From an uncultured Gammaproteobacteria bacterium (GTDB lineage Bacteria > Pseudomonadota > Gammaproteobacteria > Pseudomonadales > JAHEGP01), in the NCBI GenBank assembly GCA_963792875.1, contig CAWBXV010000003.1:32318-96317 (forward strand): 64,000 nt of DNA, read 5' to 3'. The translations under genes and the position numbers were made by a program. Positions 55,606-63,900 of the stretch are shown here, piece after piece (the first letter of the stretch is position 1; the number at the start of each line of letters is the position of its first letter). Under the pieces are notes generated by a model. It was given only the letters and a program-made list of their open reading frames with translations, was not told the DNA's origin and made no database searches.

Positions 55606-55853
55606 TGTTGTACTCCTGTGATGGTTTTTTTTATTTACCGCGTCAGGTTAGCGCTCCCCACTGCATCAAGCAATGCTGATCGCCCGCTGGACGCGCTAAC
55701 GGTCTTGCTCTGTTGTTGTTATCCCTTTGTCGCCCTTTCGTTATTGGCGTCGCCATCCGATGCATGGTGGGAGCGATGTTCCCGCGCGGCGTCTGGCGCT
55801 CCCGACCGTGCTGATGGTCCCCGACCGATGCTCTGTATGAGCGCTATCCCGAC

Positions 55854-55887
55854 AATATCGAAACAGCTTTAATATCGAAACAGCTTT
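55854..55887. repeat. Perfect 17-bp tandem direct repeat (aatatcgaaacagcttt x2) inside an AT-rich island
   Basis: Read directly from the sequence at 55854-55870 and 55871-55887. Confidence 0.95.
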
Positions 55888-56221
55888 AGCATTATCTGCA
55901 TTCTAGTTTGATTTATAAGGCTAAATCCAGCCACTTTGCGGTCATATTATATTGTGACCGTTTAAAGATACGCTAACATAAAAGCCAAATGGCGAGCAAC
56001 ATTTTCACAGCCAATTGGCGTAATACCTGGCTATGGGGTGTCGATTGCGTTGGGTTAGCGCGCCGCGTTCTAAAGAAGCAGCCGCAAATGTCTAAACGAA
56101 CGGGGTGCCTGCCCGGTTGGTCGCAGGCCCGCCGGCGGCGCGGCGGCAGTGGCGCCGGGTCTGGAAAGCGGACGGCGGCGCCCCCATATGGGGGTAAAGG
56201 TTTGCAGAAGGGGCTGTCGTG

Positions 56222-56659
56222 ATGGAAAAAATTGAACTGGTTTGCGCGGGGTGCGGCGCCATCAACCGCCTGCCCTTTGACCGCCTGGGCCAGCGCCCCC
56301 GCTGCGGGCAGTGCAAGCAGGCGCTGCTGTCCGGCGCTCCCATCGTCGTCGACGATGCCTCGCTGAACAGGCATATCGAACACTCGGGGGTGCCGCTGCT
56401 GGTGGATTTCTGGGCGCCCTGGTGCGGCCCGTGCAAGGCATTTGCGCCGGTTTTCGCCGGCTTTGCCGCCCGCGCGGAGCCCCGCTTGCGCCTGCTCAAG
56501 CTCGACACCCAGGCCAATCCCCGCAGCGCCGAACGGTTCGGCATCCGCAGCATCCCGACGCTGGCGCTGTTCCGCGAGGGTGTGGAAGTGGCGCGGGTGT
56601 CCGGCGCGCTGAGCGAGGGGCAGCTCCAGCAGTGGGTAAGCCAGCACCTGGTGCACTGA
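56222..56659 (+). CDS. trxC: Thioredoxin 2 (zinc-finger N-terminal extension plus Trx fold)
   Basis: N-terminal CAGC…CGQC zinc-binding pairs and a WAPWCGPCK active site. Confidence 0.85.
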   Translation: MEKIELVCAGCGAINRLPFDRLGQRPRCGQCKQALLSGAPIVVDDASLNRHIEHSGVPLLVDFWAPWCGPCKAFAPVFAGFAARAEPRLRLLKLDTQANPRSAERFGIRSIPTLALFREGVEVARVSGALSEGQLQQWVSQHLVH

Positions 56660-56799
56660 CCCTGGCCGCACCCAGGGGCAACCGTGGGTAAAGTTACCGT
56701 AGCGCCGGGAGGGCGCAGGCACAATAATGGCGCATCTGCCGGATGGCCCGGCCGATGCCGATGGCTTGCGGCAGCTAACCGATCGATGCACAGGTGAGT

Positions 56800-59370
56800 A
56801 TGGATTTTCCCCGACTGACGGGTTACGACATAGAGCGCCAGCTGGGCAAGGGCGGCATGGCGATCGTGTACCTGGCGCATCAGGAGAAGTTCGAGCGCCG
56901 CGTCGCCATCAAGGTCCTGGCCAGCCATCTGCAGGTCGACGCCGGTTTCGGCGAGCGCTTTCTGCACGAGGCGCAGGTCGTCGCGCAGCTGAACCACCCG
57001 CACATCATCCCGGTCTACGATGTCGGGCGTCAGGACGGCTGCCATTACATCGCCATGGAGTATCTGCCCGGCGGCGATCTGCGGCAGCGGCTGGGCGAGG
57101 GCGTGGAGGTGGAGGAGGCCATCTACGTCGTCAAGACCATCGCCGGGGCGCTGGACTACGCCGCCAGCAAGCACTGCGTGCATCGCGACATCAAGCCGGA
57201 GAACATCCTGTTCCGGGAGGACGGCAGTCCCGTGCTGTCCGATTTCGGCATCGCCTGGAAGAAGGACTTCGACCCGGTCTCGACCCAGAGTCTGGCGGGC
57301 ATCGTCGCCGGCAGTCCCAGCTACATGAGCCCGGAGCAGTCCAAAGGCGGCGACATCGATGGCCGCTCGGACCTCTATAGCCTGGGCGTGGTCTTCTACG
57401 AGATGCTGGTGGGCAGGGTGCCCTTCCAGGGGGACTCTGCCGTCGCCATCGAATTGCAGCGCCTCAGTGCCCCGGCGCCGGAGCTGCCGCCAGAGGTGGC
57501 AGCTTTCCAGGACTTCATGGATCGTGCGCTGGCGCTGGATCCGCAGCAGCGCTTTCAGACCGGCCACGACCTGGCCGATGCGCTGGAGAGCCTGGAGCGG
57601 GAGCTCGGCCTCTCGGCGCGCGCCGGCAGGCGGGGTGCGCAGCGGCGGCGCGATGCCGCGGCAGGGGCGCCCTCGCTGCGCTCCGGTTCGATGCCATCGA
57701 GCGCGCCGGCGCCGCTGCCGCTCGACGGCGTCGATCTGCGCGCCCGCCGCGAGGCCAGGGAGCGGGCCGAGCACAGGCGGACGCGGGCGCTGCTCGCCCT
57801 GGCGGCGGTGACGGCGGCGGCGGTCGCCGCGTATATCTGGCTCGACTACCGCCAGCTTGGGCCGTTCAGCGGCCTGCGGGTGGAGGCGCCGGGCACAGCG
57901 GCGCCCGGGCAGAGCGACGACGAAGCCAGCCGCTTCATCGATCTGGCGCGCGCCGCCCTCGACGGCGGCAAGCTGGAGGTGGCGGACCGGCACCTGATCG
58001 CCGCCCAGCAGCTTGCGCCGGGTGACCCGCGCGTGGTGCGCCTGCGCAGCCGCTTGCTGGAGGCGCAGAGCTTCAGGGCGCGGGATCGGGCGCGGGATCA
58101 GTTTATCGCGCAGCAGCTGGCGCAGGCGCAGGCGCGGCTTGAATCCGACGATCCGCTGGGCGCGATGCGCAGTCTGCGGAGCGTGCTGGCGCTCGAGCCG
58201 GGCAACGGGCCAGCCCAGGAGTCCCTGAAGGCGTTGCAGCAGCAGCTGTTCAGCGCCGCGGAGGGTGCGATCGCCGGCGGCGCGTTCGACCAGGCGCGCC
58301 GCAGTATCGAGCTGCTCGAGCGGGCGGATGCCGATGCCGACCGCGTCGATGCCCTCAAGGCATCACTCGAGCAGTCGCTGGTGGCGGCCAGAGCGGCGGA
58401 GCAGGCCAGAGCGGCGGAGGCGGCGGAGCAGGCCAGGGCGGCGGAGGCGGCGGAGCAGGCCAGGGCGGCAGAGGGGGAGGCGGCCAGAGTAGCGGCGGAG
58501 AGGGCCAGAGCGTCGGAGGCGGCTGAGCAGGCCAGGGCGGCAGAGGCAGCCAGGGTCGCGCAGGCGGCGGAGCAGGACAGGGCGGCGGCTGAGAAGGCCC
58601 GAGCCGCTGAGGAGGCGAGAGCGGCGGAGGCGGCCACGACAGCAGCGGCGGCCAGGGCGGCGCAGGCGGCCGCTGCCGCGCCGCGCGCCGCCAGGCCGCC
58701 GGCCGACGCAAAGATATTGCAGCAGGCGGCCGCGCTGGAGCAGAGGCAGCGCACCGTGGCTGTCAACGGCGAGCTGCGGGCGCTGTATCTGCGGGCGCTG
58801 GAGCTCGCGCCGGACAGCGCGGCCGCCGCCGCCGGCTTGTGGGCCACCAGTGACTTCGAGCTGCTGCTGGGGCGCGGTACCCTGGAGCGGCGGGCCTATG
58901 CGCAGACGGACGAACACCTCGCCGCCGTGCGCCAGGCAACGCCGGAGCACCCTGAGCTGGAGCCCCTGCAGAATCGGCTGCGCGATGCCCAGCGCGCCGC
59001 GGAGCGCGCGTCCCAGCTGCTGACCGAGGCCTCGGCCAAGATCGCGGCCCGCTTCACGCCGTCCCGCTCGCGCCGCAGCAATGACGCGGCGAGGGCGCAG
59101 CTGCGCTCGGCTTACGTCGATATCGAGGCGGCGCGGCAGGTGGATGCGGGCCACCCGGGCATCCCGTCCGCGCAGCGAGCGCTGCTGACCCGCTACGATG
59201 CCATCGTCATGGCGTTGATCGATGCCGATCGGCTCAAATTCGCCGGCGAGTTTGTCGAGGACGTCAGCGTCATGGACCTGCCCGGCGGCAGCGCCGACCT
59301 GCAGCGCCGCTATGCCGACGCCGCGTCGGCGCGCGGCAGGAAGCCGTCGGTGCGGCCCGGCAGCTTCTGA
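56800..59370 (+). CDS. Hanks-type Ser/Thr protein kinase with one TM helix and a large periplasmic TPR-like, Ala/Glu/Arg-repeat region
   Basis: GKGGMAIVYLA…AIK (ATP-binding lysine), HRDIKPENILF catalytic loop, DFG, and SPEQ (APE-like). The TM is ALLALAAVTAAAVAAYIWL. The start is GTG 56794 or ATG 56800. Confidence 0.85.
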   Translation: MDFPRLTGYDIERQLGKGGMAIVYLAHQEKFERRVAIKVLASHLQVDAGFGERFLHEAQVVAQLNHPHIIPVYDVGRQDGCHYIAMEYLPGGDLRQRLGEGVEVEEAIYVVKTIAGALDYAASKHCVHRDIKPENILFREDGSPVLSDFGIAWKKDFDPVSTQSLAGIVAGSPSYMSPEQSKGGDIDGRSDLYSLGVVFYEMLVGRVPFQGDSAVAIELQRLSAPAPELPPEVAAFQDFMDRALALDPQQRFQTGHDLADALESLERELGLSARAGRRGAQRRRDAAAGAPSLRSGSMPSSAPAPLPLDGVDLRARREARERAEHRRTRALLALAAVTAAAVAAYIWLDYRQLGPFSGLRVEAPGTAAPGQSDDEASRFIDLARAALDGGKLEVADRHLIAAQQLAPGDPRVVRLRSRLLEAQSFRARDRARDQFIAQQLAQAQARLESDDPLGAMRSLRSVLALEPGNGPAQESLKALQQQLFSAAEGAIAGGAFDQARRSIELLERADADADRVDALKASLEQSLVAARAAEQARAAEAAEQARAAEAAEQARAAEGEAARVAAERARASEAAEQARAAEAARVAQAAEQDRAAAEKARAAEEARAAEAATTAAAARAAQAAAAAPRAARPPADAKILQQAAALEQRQRTVAVNGELRALYLRALELAPDSAAAAAGLWATSDFELLLGRGTLERRAYAQTDEHLAAVRQATPEHPELEPLQNRLRDAQRAAERASQLLTEASAKIAARFTPSRSRRSNDAARAQLRSAYVDIEAARQVDAGHPGIPSAQRALLTRYDAIVMALIDADRLKFAGEFVEDVSVMDLPGGSADLQRRYADAASARGRKPSVRPGSF
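58390..58690 (+). repeat. 27-nt (9-aa, AEQARAAEA-type) tandem repeats, degenerating 3'-ward, inside the kinase gene
   Basis: gcggagcaggccagRgcggcggaggcg is repeated head-to-tail from 58396, followed by diverged copies. It translates to (A)EQARAAEAA units. Confidence 0.8.
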
Positions 59371-59394
59371 GGCGGCGCCGGGGTCAGCGGGCCT

Positions 59395-60263
59395 CTACAG
59401 GTACCACTGAATGCCCGCGGTGAGGCCGGTGATCACTTCCTGGGTTTTGACATCGCTGTCGGCGAAGTCGGGATTGCCGGTCTCGTCGCTGCCGTCAAAG
59501 TCGTAGGCCTGGCGGCGCAGGTCCACAAAATAGCCGACGCGCTCGCTCAGCGTGGCCGACCAGGTCACGCCCAGGCTCAGGCCCTGGGAGTCGCCCTGAT
59601 ACTTGAAGTTGCCGTCGTAGAAGTTGTCCTTGTAGGTGCCCTTCATGAACGCGTAGGCGCCGCTGACGGAGATGGTGCCGGCCTCGCCGATGACCCAGCC
59701 GTAGCTCGCGCCCAGAAAGCCGCCGGTTTCCTGGTAGGTCTGGCGATAGGTGGAGCCGCCCGCATTCCACTGTCGCTGGGCGAAGTTTGTCGCGCCACCG
59801 GGGGTGGTGACGGCGTCGGGGGTCAGCTCGGTTTCTCCGTCCAGATAGCCGATGAATACGTTCAGGCTGCGCCAGGCGTTGTAGCCGAAGGCAATGCTGA
59901 AGTCGGTGCGGGTGACGTTGGTTTCCGCCTCCGTGACCAGCGGGGCGATACTGAGAAATCGATCGCTGCGGTGCCTGGAACGTCCGAGTCGGCGCTGGAT
60001 TCGAAGCTGTTCTCATATTTCAGCGAGAGGTAGAAGCGGTCGTAGGCTGCGACAAAGCTCAGCGCCACGGTGGGCAGGTTGACGCTGAGGTCGCCACTCA
60101 AATCCCGGCCAAAGGCTGGCACGCTGAGATCCTGGTCAAAGGCCAGATTCTTCAACTCGAAGCCGATGCTGGGCACGAAACTCCAGCCCGCGGCCAGGGC
60201 GGTGATCGGCGTAGTGATCAGGCCTGCGCCGACGAGTGCGGCCGATAGGTGCTTGCGCTGCAT
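59395..60263 (-). CDS. Outer-membrane beta-barrel/porin-like protein, apparently frameshifted near 59942-59945
   Basis: The N-terminal part has a signal peptide (MQRKHLSAALVGAGLITTPITALA/A) and is in the frame of ORF 59862-60431. The remainder (LVTEAETNVTRTDFSIAFGY…GIQWYL*) is open in the frame of ORF 59395-59646. The junction is at a GGGG/CCCC run. Confidence 0.6.
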
Positions 60264-60545
60264 GTGTTTCCCCTGTTGGTTGTGATGGCGGGGCCGGCTG
60301 CCGCCACCGCCGCTGCATCGGGGTACTCCCCCCACCTGACGCCGGGCGATGGTCATGCCGTCCACCGGGATCGGACTTGAGCCCGATGCCCCGTCATTGT
60401 AGGCCAATCGGGCGGCCGGCGTCTGCGCCAAAGTCGGTCACGGCCGGCGCGGATGCCGGTGTGCGGAGGGCGGGCCAGGGGGCTTGGGGGGGGCGGGCGC
60501 CGCTGCCGAGGGTCGTGCGCCTATATTACGGTTTGGTGAACTAAA

Positions 60546-60574
60546 TTGTTGCGTCGGGCCGAAACCGTTAAAAT
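60546..60574 (+). promoter_or_regulatory. Candidate sigma70-type promoter (TTGTTG-17 nt-TAAAAT)
   Basis: Hexamers read directly from a locally AT-richer patch about 330 nt upstream of the large secreted-protein gene. Not validated. Confidence 0.25.
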
Positions 60575-60907
60575 CGGCCTCACGCCAGGGCATTCGTTAT
60601 CTGCGGCCGGTTTGGGGCAATAGCGGCGTGAGCACAGGGTAGTCTGCCGTGACTCAGTGTGAAGCAAGGCACGACGCCCCTGCGGCGGGCGTCGCCAGAA
60701 TACTGTCACTTTTTCGCACTTTCGCCTCGGGTGACTTGTTTCGCGGGGCTTACAGCCGGTTAACTGTATGCCGTGAACCTCCCGATGACTCAGGTGATCG
60801 GGGCATCCGACAAGGGTATTGCCATGCCAGGTTTCAGGGTCGCCGTCTCACGGACGGACTTGCGTAAACCACCGGCCCACGGCGGGCCGTTAGCATGGGC
60901 GTCGTTT

Positions 60908-63900
60908 ATGGGCCGGTTCTGCCTGTGCCTGCTGGCGCTGCTGCTGGTCGGTGGCGGCCCGGCGCGTGCCGATGTGGTCAAGATGACGCTGGATGAGCTC
61001 ATCCAGCGTGCCGCCCCTATCGTCGAAGGGGAATTCATCGGCAAGCGCAGCCGGTTGAACCTCAAGGGTAACCTGATCGTCACCGATTATCAGTTCGCCG
61101 TGCGCGAGGTCCTGTTCGGCAGCAGCGCCGCCTATCTGACGCTGACGATCGCCGGCGGTGAGATCGACGAAGTCCGCGACACCGTGTCCGATATGCCCGA
61201 CTTTGCCGTGGGTGACCGCGCGGTACTGATGCTGCGCGAGGGCGGCATGGAGGGCTCCCTGGCGATCGTCGGCGTCTTTCAGGGACAGTTCCGCGCCGTG
61301 CAGCGGGCGGGCGACCCGCGCTGGTATATGGCCGACGGCAGCGGCGTGCTGATCCCCAGGGCGGGCGCCGCGGGCTATTACGGCTATGACGAGGGGATCG
61401 AGGCGCTGCGCGACTACATCCCGATGGCCAGGGCGCGGCCACCGGTGGTGCTTGCCGCCGCGTCGATACAGCTGCAGGGGAAGGACGACCGCAAGCAATC
61501 CTCCTCCGGGTCGCCGTCGCCAGAGGAACTCGTGCTGTTCAGCGACCCCGCCGACAGTGATGAGCTGCGTTCCCGCAGTCTGCAGGCGGCGGATTTTTTC
61601 ACCGAGCGCGATCTCGTGCCGGTGGCGATCGGCACGGTACCGGCGGATTCGGCCTGGCGGGCCGCGCTGGAGCGGGCGGTCGGCTCCTGGAACCGCTACG
61701 CGTCGCTGTTTACAGTCGATGTAAAAAGCGGTCAGGAGTGGGCGTTCGGCAACGGCGTCAACGACGTCCCGGGCCTGGTGAGCGAGCAAGATCGCCGCGA
61801 GCAGCACGGCACGGGCTGGGGCGACGGCTCCATCGTCACGGTGCTCGGCCGCTACGAAAACGATGTCATGGTCGAGAGCGACGTGCTGCTGAATCCGGCG
61901 GTCAACTGGACCTTCGACGACGGCCTGGCCTACGCCGATGCCGATCGGTACAGCGCCAACCGCGCCCTGCTGCGGGCGCTGGGTTCGTCGGTGGGGCTCA
62001 ACTGGCAGGGCGCCGAGCTGTCGGTGATGAATTTGCGCAACAGCGCCGACAAGTACGGTGACCTGGGCCTGTTGTACGGCGAGGATGTGTTCAACGTCCG
62101 CGCGGCATTCCCGACGCGGGCCGGCGCGGTCGCCGACCTGGGCGTCTATCTGTACCGCGCGGGCGCCACCAACAAATACGACGCGGCCAAGCTCAGTGCG
62201 ACCAGCGTGGTGCAGGGCGAGAGCTTCCAGGTGCAGAATTTCGTCATTGAGAATCTGGCCGACGGCGGCGGTGTGGTGCCGCGGGTGCACTGGTACCTCG
62301 ATCCTGCACCCAACGATTTCAGCGGCCAATATATCGGCAGCAGTGACCACCAGTCGCTGAACCCAGGCCAGGCGCTGCAGGCGCGGCGCGTGCTGACCGT
62401 GCCGCAGTCGTTTGCGCCGGGGTCTTACTACCTGAGGGCCGCGCTGGCCAATGGCGGCGACGAGAGCGCCAACGACTCGTCCTGGCTGGATCAGCCGATC
62501 AGCGTGCTCGCAGCGGCCGAGCCGGTGCCGCCCGTGCCGGCAGCGCCGGTGGCCAGCGACGGCACCTTCGGCGATCGGGTACAGGTGAACTGGGCCGCAG
62601 TCGCGGGTGCGCAGTCCTACGACCTGGCGCGCTGCGACAGCGCCGGCAGCGTCAACGGCAGCTGTGCCAGCCTGAGCCTCACCGCCACCAGCGTCGCGGA
62701 TGAGTTGGCGGAGCCGGGGCGCACCTACTACTACAGCCTGCGCGCCTGCAACGCCAGCGGCTGCAGCGGTTTCAGCGCGGCCGATGCCGGTTCGCGGGCC
62801 GTGGCGGTGCCGGCGGTGCCGGCAGCGCCGGTGGCCAGCGACGGCAGCTACGGCGACCGGGTGCAGGTGAACTGGGCAGCGGTGGCCGGCGCGCAGTCCT
62901 ACGAGCTGGCGCGCTGCGACAGCGCCGGCGGCGTCAACGGCAGCTGTGACAGCCTGAGCGTGACCGCCACCAGCTACGCGGATACGGCCGCGGAGCCGGG
63001 GCGCACTTACTACTACAGCCTGCGCGCCTGCAACGCCAATGACTGCAGCGGCTACAGCGCGGCCGATGCCGGTTCGCGGGCGCGGGCGGTGCCGGCGGTG
63101 CCGGCAGCGCCGGTAGCCAGCGACGGCGCCTACACCGATCGGATCCGCGTGACGTGGCCTGCGGTCGCTGGTGCCACGGCGTACAAGGTGTCCCGCTGCA
63201 CCGATGCCGCAGGCAAGAGCTGCGCAGAGACCGATACCGCCAATACCGCCTTTGACGATGCCGGCATGCCGGCCAAGGTGACGCTGTACTACCGGGTGCG
63301 AGCCTGCAACGCCGCCGGGTGCAGTGAACCCAGCGCCGGCGACAGCGGTTTTCGCGCCGCGGCGCTGCCCGCCGTTCCGGCGCGCCCCGACGCCAGTGAC
63401 GCGGTGATCGGTCTGGTCCGCGTCCGCTGGGTTGGTGTGGCGGGTGCCGACCGCTACGAAGTCTACCGCTGTCCCGGCGCGGCGCTGTCGGGGTGCCAGC
63501 AGTTCGCCGCCGAGGATGCCGCGTTTGACGATGCGGGCGTCAGCCCCGGCACATCGTATTACTATCGCCTCAAGGCCTGTGGCGCCGACGGCTGCAGCGA
63601 CTACAGCGCCTATGACATCGGCCGCGCCGAATACCGCGACCCCACCCCGCGCCTGACCGTCAACGGTCAGGGTCAGTTGGACGGTCGCGTCGGCGACCCG
63701 CTGACCATCCGCGTGGCTCTGGAGGCCAACGGCAATCCCAAACCCGCGGACTGGTGGGTGACGCGGTCCGGCCCCGATGGTCTGCGCTACTTCGATCCCG
63801 CCAGCGGGCGATGGCTGGAGCGCGCCGTGGTGGCCTATCAGGGGGCGTTGTTCGACCTGGCGCCGCTGGCTGTGCTCACCGACAGGGTTACCGGCGCCGG

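Noticed and set aside
55989-56222. 77-codon ORF upstream of trxC, and the 84-codon ORF 55618-55872 in the long intergenic region.
   Set aside because: They have poor coding character (Arg/Gly/Trp-rich, mixed composition across the AT-rich island), no RBS and no recognisable motifs. The region is treated as non-coding and regulatory.
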